DNA of 64,000 nucleotides from Acidobacteriota bacterium (GCA_036507075.1 DASXQR010000088.1:19784-83783), one strand, 5' to 3'. Positions 28,813 to 39,458 are shown, counted from the first letter of the stretch. A program made the numbers and translations. The notes: generated from the letters alone by a model not told the origin.

Positions 28813-30513
28813 TTAAAACGCATCCGGCCGGCCGGCGATTTCATCCAATTGGCGGCGCGTGTAGGAACCGAGGCTTCTGAAATCCAGATTGACGTAATTC
28901 TGCACCCACTGCAGGGAAATCTTGCACGCCTTCTGGTAGCTTTCTTCCGCTCCGGCATTGTCTTCATCGGCAGGAGCGCCGCGCAGATGAGCCACGATGT
29001 CCTGTGTCTCTTCCTGCAGCAGCCGCTTTGCCAGAGGAAAATCATGGACGTCGGCGGAATCGGTGCAACGCACACGGTGTCGAATCCGCTGTGCGATTTG
29101 CGCCACCGAGATCCGCGCCGTCGCCAGGTCTTCCATTAGAGCCGGGTGAATTCCAGGCTTGCCCGCCAGGCTGTCGATTCCCTTGGCTCCGCGACCATTG
29201 AGCCAGCCTTCCAGGTACTCAACCAGCATGCGGGCGTTGCGACGTGTTCCAGCAAGCGTGATCGGTCCTGCAGGAACTCCGATCCGGACAGGATAATTCT
29301 CCGGTTCGGCCATTTCCCGCGTTGGTTTCCAACCCGAGCCGCGCAACTGTCGAAACGGGTCGCCTGCCGTTTTCATGTGAAAGATATGGGCCACCCATCC
29401 GCGCAGGAATCCCTGGCGCGCTTCCCATTCTTTGTCTGTGCGAATGGCCGCGGCGGCCGCCTTGTTTACCTCGTCGTCCTTGCTTGGAAGAGCGGTCGCC
29501 ATGCCTCCGATGGGAACAGCGCCGCGCTTCAGGCATACCGCTACCAGGCGTCGGAATATGTTGGCCAGAAAATCAGTCGTTTTGATATCGACCCCAAAGC
29601 GGTCCGGCCACACCGAGGCCGGATCATTCATGACAAACTCCAGAAGACTTGCTTTGAAATCCCAGCGCGCCGCATTCAGTCCCGCGGCATACGGGCCCAG
29701 GGCAAACAACATCTCTTCCATTTGATACGCGGCGGGCAGGGACTCGATCAGCAGAACAGCGCGGATCACCGCGTTCTTCAGAAAGGGAACCTGTTCCTGC
29801 GCCGCCTGAAAAAAATCTCTCCAGTATTTCGCCTCCGCCGCGGATTCAAGCTTCGGCAGGTAAAAATAGATTCCCTGCCCGCGCTCCACCTGGGCCCGTC
29901 CGGCGTGAAACAGCGTAAGCGCTGTCCCCAGGATGCTGGCGGGAACAGGCCGCCCGCCGATTGTCACATCGGGTTCATCAAGGTGAATCCCGCGCTCGCG
30001 ATGCATGAAGAAAGGAAGCTCGCCTTCCGCAATGCGGTAGGTTTTTCCTTTTTTTTCATCTTTGTATGTGAGCGTGCGTTCCACTGCCCCTTTGCGGTTC
30101 CACGCGGCGCGAACCGTGTCTTCAAAGCGGTGACCGGCAGAATCTTCGTCGTCGTCCAGGTCCCCTTCGGCGCGAACGCCATCAGGGCCGGGATTGAGCG
30201 CGTTGATGAACATTCCCGTCACTGAAGCGGGGCCTGATATCTCTATACCGGGCCTTTTCAAATCCTCCGGTACCCACAGGACACGCCAGTCTGCTGCGGC
30301 CTCGATGCTGAGAGGAAATTGTCGCGGCTGGTTTCCCGCGTGGGCCAGCTTGAGAACTTCGGCACGTTTTTGTCTCAGTTCATGAATGAGGGGAGTAAAT
30401 CTCTGATTCACGTATGTCAGGAAACGGACGAAATCGGGGGTGAAGAGATCGGCGGCGCCTTCCAGGGCCGCGAATTGAATTGCGCGACTTTGAGCAGCCG
30501 GTTCAGTTGACAT
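28813..30513 (-). CDS. aceB: Malate synthase
   Basis: FYLPKLES..EA..W, IRAVLLIESLPAAYQMEEML, AGLNAARWD, IGGMA, GWVAH, LMEDLATARIS. Confidence 0.85.
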   Translation of the reverse strand: MSTEPAAQSRAIQFAALEGAADLFTPDFVRFLTYVNQRFTPLIHELRQKRAEVLKLAHAGNQPRQFPLSIEAAADWRVLWVPEDLKRPGIEISGPASVTGMFINALNPGPDGVRAEGDLDDDEDSAGHRFEDTVRAAWNRKGAVERTLTYKDEKKGKTYRIAEGELPFFMHRERGIHLDEPDVTIGGRPVPASILGTALTLFHAGRAQVERGQGIYFYLPKLESAAEAKYWRDFFQAAQEQVPFLKNAVIRAVLLIESLPAAYQMEEMLFALGPYAAGLNAARWDFKASLLEFVMNDPASVWPDRFGVDIKTTDFLANIFRRLVAVCLKRGAVPIGGMATALPSKDDEVNKAAAAAIRTDKEWEARQGFLRGWVAHIFHMKTAGDPFRQLRGSGWKPTREMAEPENYPVRIGVPAGPITLAGTRRNARMLVEYLEGWLNGRGAKGIDSLAGKPGIHPALMEDLATARISVAQIAQRIRHRVRCTDSADVHDFPLAKRLLQEETQDIVAHLRGAPADEDNAGAEESYQKACKISLQWVQNYVNLDFRSLGSYTRRQLDEIAGRPDAF

Positions 30514-30538
30514 TTACGTCTTCCTTCTTTGAAACGCT

Positions 30539-30607
30539 GATTTCACCACAAAGGCACAAAGGGCACAAAGAATCTTTTCGTGTTCCTTGTGTCTTCGTGG
30601 TGAAATC
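30539..30607. repeat. Intact 9-mer palindrome (CACCACAAAGGCACAAAGGGCACAAAG / ...GTGGTGAAATC)
   Basis: Direct inspection; related arms at 17386-17431, 18328-18354 and 19119-19147. Confidence 0.75.
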
Positions 30608-30628
30608 TGCAGAAGAATAATCTGCACC

Positions 30629-31567
30629 ATGATCGAAATAACACCTGAGACGCGACTGAACGAAGCCACTTCGCCGCGCGCGCCCTCTCGCCGGGCAGCG
30701 ATTGCCGGAAATATCGGAGCCATTTTTCTGGGTGGCGTGTTACTGGTGGCGGCGTGGGGAAAAACTACCGATCTGATGGCATTCAGCCAGCAGGTGCACA
30801 CCGAGGGCCTGGACTTTTTGTTTTCCGCAAAAGCCGTCGCTGTAGCCGCTCTTGCTCTGGAAGCAGGGCTGGGCATGATGCTCTTGCTCGGAATTCGCCG
30901 CTTGTGGGTCCTGATTCCGGCGGCGTTGCTGGCGGCATTTTTTGTCTTTCTGACCGGACGCAATTTTTGGCTGGTCTCCAAAGGACTGCGCGACCCGGCT
31001 GCGTCCTGCGGCTGCTTTGGAAGCCTTGTCCATCGCACCCCCGGCCAGGCGCTCTGGCAGGACCTGGCGCTGCTCGTGCCGGCCCTGGCGCTTTCATTCG
31101 CAGGCCGAGGCTTCGGCGCATCGCCCCTGCCGAAATGGCGCCTGCTTGCGGCCCTGTCTGCGGCCGTATTGCTCCCCGCGTATTCTCTTCACATTTCCGA
31201 TCTCCGCATGATTGACATCACCACGCAAGCGGTTCCCGGTAATCTTTCCGGCTTTCAGGAGACGCGCGACTACCTGCTCTTTGTCGACGGAAAACAGGAA
31301 CCGCAGGCAAAGATTTATATCTCGGACGTGTCGGTTGCCTTGTTGATCGTCTCGCCGGCACTCCCCTCGATTGTAGTTGTCAAGCCGAATACCTCTGAAG
31401 TTGCAACCGTAGACGGCTCGGCAATGGTTCCGCGCGCCGGCGGCGGGATAGACTTGCGTTCGCGCGCGCAACTCAAGCCCGAGGGCAAATTCGAGATCAT
31501 CGGGGACGCAATGACGTTTCAGGCGGGGTCGCATCAGATACGACTTCAAAACCGGCCCCGCGGTTGA
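30629..31567 (+). CDS. MauE/DoxX-family membrane protein with soluble C-terminal domain
   Basis: About five hydrophobic helices, AAWGK, ALEAGLG and SCGCFG motifs. Confidence 0.75.
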   Translation: MIEITPETRLNEATSPRAPSRRAAIAGNIGAIFLGGVLLVAAWGKTTDLMAFSQQVHTEGLDFLFSAKAVAVAALALEAGLGMMLLLGIRRLWVLIPAALLAAFFVFLTGRNFWLVSKGLRDPAASCGCFGSLVHRTPGQALWQDLALLVPALALSFAGRGFGASPLPKWRLLAALSAAVLLPAYSLHISDLRMIDITTQAVPGNLSGFQETRDYLLFVDGKQEPQAKIYISDVSVALLIVSPALPSIVVVKPNTSEVATVDGSAMVPRAGGGIDLRSRAQLKPEGKFEIIGDAMTFQAGSHQIRLQNRPRG

Positions 31568-31578
31568 CCAAAAATCCG

Positions 31579-31752
31579 AGTAAGAATCTTCTCACCACAA
31601 AGACACAAAGGTCACAAAGTCAGACGAGGGGCTGGCAGAGTCTGGTCAGGTCTCAAAGTGAGCAGTGGCAGCGGATTCCAAGGTGACCAGACTCTGCCAG
31701 CCCCTCGTCTGACTTTGTGACCTTTGTGTCTTTGTGGTGAGAAATTCTTACT
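31579..31752. repeat. Near-perfect long inverted repeat (arms about 69 bp, 35-nt spacer)
   Basis: 31579-31648 versus 31684-31752 differ by a single indel. Confidence 0.9.
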
Positions 31753-32298
31753 TCAGATGGCGACGTTCAAGACGTTACCGGGGGGCCGGTTTTCAGTTCC
31801 GCAGATTTTGCTCACCGATGAGGTGTCGATGTTAATCGGCGTGTCGGGCGCCGCCATGTCCGCTACTCTGTGGAAGTGTTGCAATACATTGACTGGCGAG
31901 CGAAATCTGGACAATTCGGCGCTCTTCTGCGCCAGAAACCACAGTCGCACCAGCCGGTCTCCCTGGGGGCCGATGACGGCCTTTCCCTGCTCGATTCGTG
32001 AAAATGTCTGCGCCGTATAACCGAGCTTGTCTGCAAATTCCTTGGATTTCATCGCCAGGTTCTTTCGCAGAAAGCGAACCTCTTTGCCGGACAACCTGCC
32101 GGGCTTTTCGATCACATATAACGCAATGCAAAGTTGAACGTAGAGCAGGTTCGGAATCTCAGGCATCAGTGTTTTGCATTTGGGGCAGCGCCGCACCTGC
32201 ACAGCGGTAAGGTAGACATTATCCAGCCCGCTCTCGGTGTAGTGATAACGACTGACTTCTTTGGGGATTAACTGGGAACCGCATTTAAGGCACTTCAT
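31753..32298 (-). CDS. MqsA/YgiT-type zinc-finger plus HTH antitoxin
   Basis: MKCLKCG..HYTESGLDNVYL..RCPKC, then LSGKEVRFLRK..SKEFADKLGYTAQTFSRIEQG (XRE-type HTH). Confidence 0.88.
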   Translation of the reverse strand: MKCLKCGSQLIPKEVSRYHYTESGLDNVYLTAVQVRRCPKCKTLMPEIPNLLYVQLCIALYVIEKPGRLSGKEVRFLRKNLAMKSKEFADKLGYTAQTFSRIEQGKAVIGPQGDRLVRLWFLAQKSAELSRFRSPVNVLQHFHRVADMAAPDTPINIDTSSVSKICGTENRPPGNVLNVAI

Positions 32299-32310
32299 AC
32301 AATCTCCCTG

Positions 32311-32592
32311 CTACACGGCAACATCCCGAATTGTAAGGCGGAATTCTTCCACCGTCAGGAGGATTTTTAATCGCTGGCCCTCGAGATTCTTACCAGCCAC
32401 AGAATACATCCAACTGTGAAGGTTGGGAACCCAGACCGGGGGTGAATCATAGTTTCCATGCTCGAGAGCATGAATCAGATCGTTATCGTCGATTCCCTGC
32501 TCTTTCATCTGGGACTTGCATTGCGGATCGATCAGGGTATTGCCCGTCTGTACGGCGTTTGAGACAACTCTCTTCAGTTGAGAAGGGTTCAA
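32311..32592 (-). CDS. DUF4258-like (RelE/MqsR-type) toxin
   Basis: 93-aa ORF immediately upstream of the antitoxin; QMKEQGIDDNDLIHALEHG..WMYSVAGKNLEG. Confidence 0.65.
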   Translation of the reverse strand: MNPSQLKRVVSNAVQTGNTLIDPQCKSQMKEQGIDDNDLIHALEHGNYDSPPVWVPNLHSWMYSVAGKNLEGQRLKILLTVEEFRLTIRDVAV

Positions 32593-32632
32593 TATAGGAG
32601 GCCCCCATATTCATGTATCGCTCCTCCTGAAA

Positions 32633-32663
32633 TTGACTTTATGTTAAGTTTTCCGTCCGTCAA
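32633..32663 (-). promoter_or_regulatory. Putative sigma70 promoter/operator of the TA operon
   Basis: Minus strand TTGACG-16 nt-TAAAGT, bracketed by TTGAC...GTCAA inverted half-sites. Confidence 0.45.
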
Positions 32664-32698
32664 GACCAGGAACCTACGAAGGCTGGAAAAAACCCGTC

Positions 32699-32863
32699 GG
32701 AATGGGGAATGCCGCCAAAAATGCGGAATGCGGAATGGGGGAATGCGGAATGGGGAATGCAGAATGGAAATTCTACTCAGGCCTGATTCTTCAAAACAGA
32801 CGAAATTGCTTCGCCATTTCGCATTTTGACGGCATTCCGCATTTTGGGGGCATTCTGCATTCC
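32699..32863. repeat. Heptamer palindrome (GGAATGC)n / (GCATTCC)n
   Basis: Direct inspection; same heptamer family at 12308-12466 and 43861-43966. Confidence 0.8.
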
Positions 32864-34234
32864 TTACGCCGCCGGCAGCAATTTTGCCCCTTCGGACCGC
32901 GCCACGTAGACGGCTGCGGTGATGTCGCCGGTCACGTTCAGCGTTGTGCGGGACATATCCAGAATCCGGTCCACGCCAAGAATGACGGCAATCAACGCCG
33001 GATTCACTCCGATTGTAGCCAGCACCATAACAACAAAGGGAATGGATCCTGCCGGAACACCTGCGGTTCCGATACCGCCCAGCATCGCCAGGTAAACCAC
33101 AATCAACTGCTGGCCGACTGAGAGATCTACTCCTGCCAACTGGGCAAGAAACAGCACCGTGACACCTTCATACAGCGCTGTTCCATTCTGATTGGCCGTG
33201 GCTCCGACGGTGAGTACAAACGAGTTGATTTCCCGCGGCACGCCGAGATTCTCCTCCGATACCCGCAAAGCAGTCGGCAGCGTGGCGTTGGAGGAGCTGG
33301 TCGAGAACGCGGTAATTATCACTGTGTTGATGCGGCGAAAGAATTCGATCGGGGAGATGCGCGCAAGGAACTTCACCGACAGCGAGTACACAACAAACAT
33401 GTGAATGGCCAGCCCGAGCAGTACGGTGGCGACGTACCAGCCGAGGCTTATCAGAAATCCGAAGCCGAACTGTGCGGTCATGGTAAACAGCAGGCAGGCA
33501 ACCGCAAAAGGCGCAAACTTCATGATGATTTCAATGATTTTGGCGACGGCTTCATAAACGCTCGTCAGAACGGAGATCAGCGGTGCGGCGCTTGACGGCT
33601 TGAGCAACGTCAATGCGACGCCGAACACGAGAGCGAAGAACATCAGACCCAACATGTCCGGTGTGGCGCGCGCCACAGACTCGATCGGGTTGGCGGGAAC
33701 AATGGTCTTGACCACAACCATCAGAGGAGTGTCGGGGTTTTTGGATTGGGCGCTGGCTTCAGCCACGCGCCTGCTTGCATCGCTCGAGTAACGGGCCATC
33801 AGCTCGTCGCGCGTGGCGGGATTGATGCGTTCACCCGGGCGAATGGTGTTTGCCAGCGTCAAACCGATTCCCACCGAGATCGCCGAAAAAACAACGGTGT
33901 AGGCGAAAGACTTGAGTCCAACCCGGCCCAGTTTGCGAATATCTCCAATGCCCGCGACGCCGATCACGAGCGATGAAAAAACAAGCGGCACTACGATCAT
34001 CAATAACGATCGCAGAAAGAGTTGTCCAACCGGGTCCGTCAAGTGTTTGACGACCCAGGACAGTTGGGGAGAACCGGCGCCCAGGATCTGCTTGGCCGCT
34101 CCACCGGAGGCAGCTCCAATCACAAGCCCGATAAGGATTCGGATGTGCAAGGGCATGCGCCGTCGCGCTTCAGCCAGATCATCTGTCTTGTCATCAAGGT
34201 CGGAGACGGTCTTTTGTTCGAAGGAATCAGCCAT
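32864..34234 (-). CDS. Dicarboxylate/amino acid:cation symporter (GltP/DctA family)
   Basis: AFSTSSSNATLP, GATANQNGTALYEG, GTAGVP, GVDRILDMSRTTLNVTGD. Confidence 0.93.
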   Translation of the reverse strand: MADSFEQKTVSDLDDKTDDLAEARRRMPLHIRILIGLVIGAASGGAAKQILGAGSPQLSWVVKHLTDPVGQLFLRSLLMIVVPLVFSSLVIGVAGIGDIRKLGRVGLKSFAYTVVFSAISVGIGLTLANTIRPGERINPATRDELMARYSSDASRRVAEASAQSKNPDTPLMVVVKTIVPANPIESVARATPDMLGLMFFALVFGVALTLLKPSSAAPLISVLTSVYEAVAKIIEIIMKFAPFAVACLLFTMTAQFGFGFLISLGWYVATVLLGLAIHMFVVYSLSVKFLARISPIEFFRRINTVIITAFSTSSSNATLPTALRVSEENLGVPREINSFVLTVGATANQNGTALYEGVTVLFLAQLAGVDLSVGQQLIVVYLAMLGGIGTAGVPAGSIPFVVMVLATIGVNPALIAVILGVDRILDMSRTTLNVTGDITAAVYVARSEGAKLLPAA

Positions 34235-34322
34235 ATCGGAGGCTCGCATCGTATCAAAAGAGGCTTTGAAACGTTAATCCTTCTTGCGCAAACGCCGTGC
34301 CTGCAATATAAACGCCTCGCAT

Positions 34323-34444
34323 CTGCCACGAAGGCACGAAGACACGAAGGACAACGATTAAGTTAGAAGTGGCCATTTGTCCGACAACTTGGATCGATGA
34401 GAAGTGTCACTTCAAAATAGAGGTTCTTCGTGCCTTCGTGGCAG
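34323..34444 (+). mobile_element. About 125-bp palindromic element, copy 1
   Basis: GCCACGAAGGCACGAAGACACGAAG ends with a shared interior; inverted copy at 35069-35205. Confidence 0.7.
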
Positions 34445-34490
34445 ATGCGGGTTGCGAGTTAACGAGTAGCGAGTACGGGAGGATAGCGGG

Positions 34491-35057
34491 ATGAAACGTA
34501 CGATCATAGGTTTTTTGATCTGTTTTGCTATGGGTGGTTGGCTCCGTGCGCAATCAGAGCTGGAGCTTTTTACCGGTGGGTACAGCCCGGGATCGGAAAT
34601 CACCGGAACTGACTTTGACAATGGAGCGCTGCTGGGGTTTCGTCTTGGCCATTCGATCGCGCGAATCTTCGGCACTGAATTTTCCTACACATACGTCAAG
34701 AGCCTGCAGGAGGTCGGCAAGAATTTTGATGGACACGCAAATCTGTTGAATGGCAACTTCCTGCTACAGCTTCCGCTCGGAAAGCCGGTGCCGTTTGTTA
34801 CCTTGGGTCTCGGCAGTATTATCGGCGAAAGCAATACCTTTCTCCGGGTTAAGAGCGCCTTCGCATGGAATGCGGGCGGCGGACTAAAAATCAGGCGCAT
34901 GGGCGGCCCGGTGGGGTTACGCATCGACGTGCGGTATTACAAGGTTCCCGACGGAGTGGAGATTTTCGGAGTGCCGGACATTCGTGGAATTCGCAGCATT
35001 CGAAAAGTGGATTTCGATTTTGCGGAAGTCAGCGGCGGGATTCTGTTCAGCTTCTGA
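34491..35057 (+). CDS. Small outer-membrane beta-barrel protein
   Basis: Signal peptide, alternating beta strands, VPFVTLGLG, WNAGGGLK, GLRIDVRY and C-terminal Phe. Confidence 0.85.
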   Translation: MKRTIIGFLICFAMGGWLRAQSELELFTGGYSPGSEITGTDFDNGALLGFRLGHSIARIFGTEFSYTYVKSLQEVGKNFDGHANLLNGNFLLQLPLGKPVPFVTLGLGSIIGESNTFLRVKSAFAWNAGGGLKIRRMGGPVGLRIDVRYYKVPDGVEIFGVPDIRGIRSIRKVDFDFAEVSGGILFSF

Positions 35058-35068
35058 CGGTTGGGGAT

Positions 35069-35205
35069 TTGCCACGAAGGCACGAAGACACGAAGAATCG
35101 CTATCCATTTTGAAGTGACACTTCTCATAACTCGATTCAGGTTGCCGGAGAAGTGGCACTTCTAACTCAATCGTTGTCCTTCGTGTCTTCGTGCCTTCGT
35201 GGCAA
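35069..35205 (-). mobile_element. About 135-bp palindromic element, copy 2 (inverted)
   Basis: Reverse complement aligns end to end with 34323-34444, including the interior. Confidence 0.7.
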
Positions 35206-35252
35206 ACTACCGGCGGAGGGTCCGCTTGCTTACGCGCGCGGTTCGGATAGGG

Positions 35253-36317
35253 ATGGAGAAGTGTCAACGTCCTCGCGGCTTGCTCATATTTCTTATGCTC
35301 GGCGGGTGCGCCAAGGTGGCCGATCCACAGCCTCCCAATATCACGCCTCCGGCCACGATCAATGACCTGCGGCTGGAGCAGCTCGAAAACCATATCGTGC
35401 TGGATTTTTCTCTGCCGCTGACATACGAAGGCGGGGCGCCTCTGCCATTGAAAAATATGGCGATCTACCGCCTGGTACTGCCGCGTTCCAGCAGCTCTCT
35501 CGCCACGCCGGAACAGATGGAGCAGGAAGGTCAAATCATCAAGAAGCTCTGGCCCGATGACCTTCAGGCGCTGCTCAAGAACGGCCGCACCCGTTTTTTT
35601 GACGTGGTTGCCTTTCCTGATCCGCTGACGATCTTTCAAAGAAACCTTGTATATGCGGTGCGCTTCTACTCGCCGCGGAAAGTTGCCTCCCGGTTTTCCA
35701 ATATGGCCTTTATCTCGCCCCTGGCGCCCGCGCTGGCGCCGGTCTTGCGGCCTCCCCGGGTATCGGAGAATGGTGTCACTCTGCTGTGGAATCCACCGGC
35801 CCGCAACATGGACGGTTCCATTCCGGCGCGCATTGCCGGCTACCGCGTTTTCCGGGGTTCCAGCGACAAGGAACTGGAACAACTGGCGGACATCGAGGGG
35901 AATGCAACGGAGTTCAGTGACACCAGCGTGGTTGCAGAGCAGACCTATTATTACGCGGTCCGGACCCGGTCGGCCGTCGATCCGCCCGCCTTCGGGCCGG
36001 TTTCTGCCGTGGTTTCCGCCGCCACGACCGACGTATTCGCGCCGGCGGCGCCCTCGGGCCTGAGCGCATCGGCCACGGCCGGAAAAGTCGAGCTGGTGTG
36101 GGAACCTAATTCGGAAATCGACTTGCAGGGGTACAATGTATATAAGAGCGCTGCTCCTGATGGGCCATGGCGCAAGCTGAATTCAGCGGTGCTTGTGCCC
36201 AACAGCTTTCCCGATCAGGAGCCGGGCGCCGGGGTTTTTTATTATCGCGTCACCGCAGTGGACCGCAAAGGCAACGAAAGCGCGCCATCTCAGCCGGCGC
36301 GCGTGGAAATTCAATAA
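35253..36317 (+). CDS. Lipoprotein with fibronectin type III domains
   Basis: Lipobox-like LMLGG-C, then [10 protein letters not shown]; two FN3-like units (L.W..P..GYRVFR..YYYAVR and [21 protein letters not shown]). Confidence 0.8.
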   Translation: MEKCQRPRGLLIFLMLGGCAKVADPQPPNITPPATINDLRLEQLENHIVLDFSLPLTYEGGAPLPLKNMAIYRLVLPRSSSSLATPEQMEQEGQIIKKLWPDDLQALLKNGRTRFFDVVAFPDPLTIFQRNLVYAVRFYSPRKVASRFSNMAFISPLAPALAPVLRPPRVSENGVTLLWNPPARNMDGSIPARIAGYRVFRGSSDKELEQLADIEGNATEFSDTSVVAEQTYYYAVRTRSAVDPPAFGPVSAVVSAATTDVFAPAAPSGLSASATAGKVELVWEPNSEIDLQGYNVYKSAAPDGPWRKLNSAVLVPNSFPDQEPGAGVFYYRVTAVDRKGNESAPSQPARVEIQ

Positions 36318-36327
36318 GGAGATCGCC

Positions 36328-37002
36328 ATGAAATTCTTTTTAGACACCGCCAGTATCAGTGAAATCAAGGAAGTCGCTTCCTGGGGGATTTTAGACGGGG
36401 TGACCACCAATCCTTCGCTCGTGGCCAAGGAGGGAAAAAGTTTCCAGCAACTGATCGAGGAGATTACCAAGATTGTCGACGGGCCGGTGAGCGCCGAGGT
36501 CACGGCCACCGACACGGAAGGAATGCTGCGGGAAGGTCGCCAGTTCGCGCGCATCGGTCCCAATGTCACCGTCAAGATTCCCTTCATTAAGACCGGAATC
36601 CGCGCCATCAAGACGCTCACCGATGAAGGAGTCCCGATCAACGTGACGCTGATCTTTTCGGCCGTTCAGGCGCTGATGGCCGCCAAGGCGGGAGCCACGT
36701 ATGTGAGTCCCTTTGTGGGGCGTCTGGATGACATCGCGCACGATGGCATGGAGCTGATCTCGCAGATCGTGAGTATCTTTGAAAATTATGACTTTGGAAC
36801 CGAGGTGCTGGTTGCCTCGGTGCGACATCCCCTGCATATAATCCAGGCCGCGCAAATGGGAGCCGGAGTGGCCACCATGCCTTTCAAGGTGATGGAGCAG
36901 ATGATTCATCATCCGCTCAGCGACATCGGACTGAAGAAATTCCTGGAAGACTGGGAAAAAATCCCCAAAGAACTGCGGGAAGGCACGCCTGTCAAAGCCT
37001 GA
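36328..37002 (+). CDS. tal: Transaldolase / fructose-6-phosphate aldolase
   Basis: [55 protein letters not shown]. Confidence 0.93.
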   Translation: MKFFLDTASISEIKEVASWGILDGVTTNPSLVAKEGKSFQQLIEEITKIVDGPVSAEVTATDTEGMLREGRQFARIGPNVTVKIPFIKTGIRAIKTLTDEGVPINVTLIFSAVQALMAAKAGATYVSPFVGRLDDIAHDGMELISQIVSIFENYDFGTEVLVASVRHPLHIIQAAQMGAGVATMPFKVMEQMIHHPLSDIGLKKFLEDWEKIPKELREGTPVKA

Positions 37003-37009
37003 GCCCACA

Positions 37010-37144
37010 AAAGATTGAACCGCCAAGAACGCCAAGAACGCGAAGCCACTGATTGACCGAGTTTGGTTGTCAGTGGCTGAGCTCCAATACAGGGGCCAGT
37101 TAAAAGCTTGGCGCTCTTTGCGTTCTTGGCGGTTCAATCTTTTT
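37010..37144. repeat. 9-mer palindrome GAACCGCCAAGAACGCCAAGAACGCGAAG / CTTGGCG...GGCGGTTC
   Basis: Same family at 52668-52696, 53804-53887 and 55064-55132. Confidence 0.8.
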
Positions 37145-37149
37145 TGCCC

Positions 37150-38700
37150 ATGGATCTCAAAGACAAACTCGAAGAGCTGGAGAAGCGAAATCGCGCCGCC
37201 GAACTGGGCGGGGGGCAGGCGCGGGTGGAGCGCCAGCACTCGGCGGGCAAGCTTACAGCGCGCGAGCGGGTCGAGCTGCTGCTGGACGAAGGCTCCTTCA
37301 ATGAAGTCGACAAGTTTGTCACTCACCGCTGCAATGATTTCGGGATGGACCAGCAGAGAATCCCGGGCGACGGCGTGGTCACCGGCTATGGCAAGATCGA
37401 CGGACGGCTGATGTTCGTCTTTGCCCAGGATTTTACCGTCTTTGGCGGGAGCCTGAGCGAAACCTATGCCCAGAAGATCTGCAAGATCATGGATCTCGCC
37501 CTCAGGATGGGCGCTCCGGTGATCGGTTTGAATGATTCAGGCGGGGCGCGCATTCAGGAAGGCGTCGTCAGTCTGGGCGGCTACGCCGATATTTTCCTGC
37601 GCAATACGCTGGCTTCGGGTGTGGTGCCGCAGATTTCCGCAATCATGGGGCCGTGCGCCGGCGGGGCCGTTTACAGTCCGGCCATCACCGACTTCATTTT
37701 CATGGTCCGCGATACCAGCTACATGTTCATCACCGGCCCGGATGTGATCAAGGCGGTGACCCACGAAACGGTCACCAAGGACGAGCTGGGTGGAGCTTCC
37801 ACGCACAACGAAACCAGCGGCGTGGCGCACTTTGCGGCGGCCGACGATGCTTCCTGCCTGGCGATGATTCGCGAGCTGGTCTCCTACCTTCCGCTGAACA
37901 ACAGGGAAGATCCGCCGCGCTACCAAGCCGGCGATGCCGCGGATCGGGAAGATGCTTCGCTCGATCAGCTCATCCCGGCCGATCCCAATCTTCCGTACGA
38001 CATCAAAGACCTGATTCGCCCGGTGGTGGACGAGCATCATTTCTTTGAAGTCCAGGAAGGGTTCGCGCAAAACATGGTGGTTGGACTGGCGCGGCTGAAC
38101 GGACGCTCGGTGGGAGTGGTGGCAAACCAGCCGGCCGTGCTCGCGGGAACACTGGACATCAACGCATCGGTCAAGGCGGCGCGTTTTGTGCGCTTCTGCG
38201 ATGCGTTCAACATCCCGCTGGTCGTGTTTGAAGATGTTCCCGGTTTTCTGCCCGGAGTGAATCAGGAGTACGGAGGCATTATCCGCCATGGGGCCAAGCT
38301 GCTTTACGCTTTTGCGGAGGCCACCGTTCCCAAGATCACAGTGATTGCGCGCAAGGCTTACGGCGGAGCCTACTGCGTGATGGCGTCAAAGCACATCCGC
38401 ACCGACGTGAATTACGCCTTCCCCACGGCGGAAATCGCCGTGATGGGCCCCGAGGGCGCCGTCAGCATCCTGCACCGCGCCGAGCTGGAGCGCGCCACGG
38501 ATCAGGAGGCCTTCCGGCGCGGCAAGATCGAAGAGTTCCGCAACAAATTCGCCTCGCCTTACATCGCCAGCGAACGGGGCTATATCGACGAAGTAATCCT
38601 GCCGCGCCACACCCGCCCCAGGCTGATCCAGGCCCTTGAAATGGCCTCCAACAAAAGAGACAAGAACCCGCCCAGGAAGCATGGCAATATTCCGCTGTAG
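37150..38700 (+). CDS. pccB: Acyl-CoA carboxylase carboxyltransferase (beta) subunit
   Basis: [55 protein letters not shown]. Confidence 0.93.
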   Translation: MDLKDKLEELEKRNRAAELGGGQARVERQHSAGKLTARERVELLLDEGSFNEVDKFVTHRCNDFGMDQQRIPGDGVVTGYGKIDGRLMFVFAQDFTVFGGSLSETYAQKICKIMDLALRMGAPVIGLNDSGGARIQEGVVSLGGYADIFLRNTLASGVVPQISAIMGPCAGGAVYSPAITDFIFMVRDTSYMFITGPDVIKAVTHETVTKDELGGASTHNETSGVAHFAAADDASCLAMIRELVSYLPLNNREDPPRYQAGDAADREDASLDQLIPADPNLPYDIKDLIRPVVDEHHFFEVQEGFAQNMVVGLARLNGRSVGVVANQPAVLAGTLDINASVKAARFVRFCDAFNIPLVVFEDVPGFLPGVNQEYGGIIRHGAKLLYAFAEATVPKITVIARKAYGGAYCVMASKHIRTDVNYAFPTAEIAVMGPEGAVSILHRAELERATDQEAFRRGKIEEFRNKFASPYIASERGYIDEVILPRHTRPRLIQALEMASNKRDKNPPRKHGNIPL

Positions 38701-38703
38701 AAT

Positions 38704-39458
38704 GTTCGTGGTCTGTTGTCCGTTGTCAGTTGTCCGTGGTCAATGGCTATCGAGTTCATTCCCTTCAGGCGTCAAGTTTTGCCAGTTTTTGTTGTGCCGA
38801 TTGAGCGCAGGTAAGCATTCAGTCTGGGGGCCAATTCGTCTATTATTGGCTTCAGTTGCTGAACTTGAGCTTCGGAAAGCAATTGGCGTCGAAACACCCT
38901 CCTTAACCAGTGCTTTGTCTCATTAAGCGAACCGCGGGCGGTCCGAACGAACCGCCGGTTGTCCGGAAAGCTGCCGCGCCCTGTTCCCTCGGCAATGTTT
39001 GATCCGATGCTGTCAGCAGCCGACACAAGTTGCTTGCCCACCGTAAACCGAGCAAAGGTCTGCCATTGAAAGACGATGTTCCAGATTCGATCCGCCAGGT
39101 CTTCGGCGAGCCGATAAACATCAAGCTGCTCGAAATTCGTTCTCGTCGTCATTCATCGCCTCCTGCGTACACAACCGCCCGAATCGGAAATTTGCGAAAT
39201 TATTTTTGCCGGAATACGATTTAGCCATGATTTGGGTCCGTTGTCAGTGGTCCGTTGTCAGTGGATCGTCGTCAGTGGTCCGTTGTCAGTGGTCACGTTG
39301 TTGTTGCCCATTGTTAGCGGTGAGGATGTTACCTCGCGTGCAAACGCCGTCTTGGCTCACCTCTGCTTTGAGTTGTGAGAGGAGGGTCCCTCGAAATTTG
39401 AAGGTTCTATCCAACTGGACCACTGACCACGGACCACTGACCACGGACCACTGACAAC
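38704..39458. repeat. Heptamer arrays (GTCCGTT/GTCAGTG and inverse) flanking the four-helix-bundle gene
   Basis: Arrays at 38704-38741 and 39236-39300; inverted array at 39413-39458. Confidence 0.85.
38772..39152 (-). CDS. Four helix bundle protein (23S rRNA IVP / Avd-like family)
   Basis: FEQLDVY..QLVSAADSIGSNIAEG.GRGS..DNRRFVRTARGSLNETKHWL. Confidence 0.92.
   Translation of the reverse strand: MTTRTNFEQLDVYRLAEDLADRIWNIVFQWQTFARFTVGKQLVSAADSIGSNIAEGTGRGSFPDNRRFVRTARGSLNETKHWLRRVFRRQLLSEAQVQQLKPIIDELAPRLNAYLRSIGTTKTGKT

Noticed and set aside
38772..39152. Avd of a diversity-generating retroelement
   Set aside because: No reverse transcriptase and no TR/VR pair with adenine-specific mismatches seen in the window.
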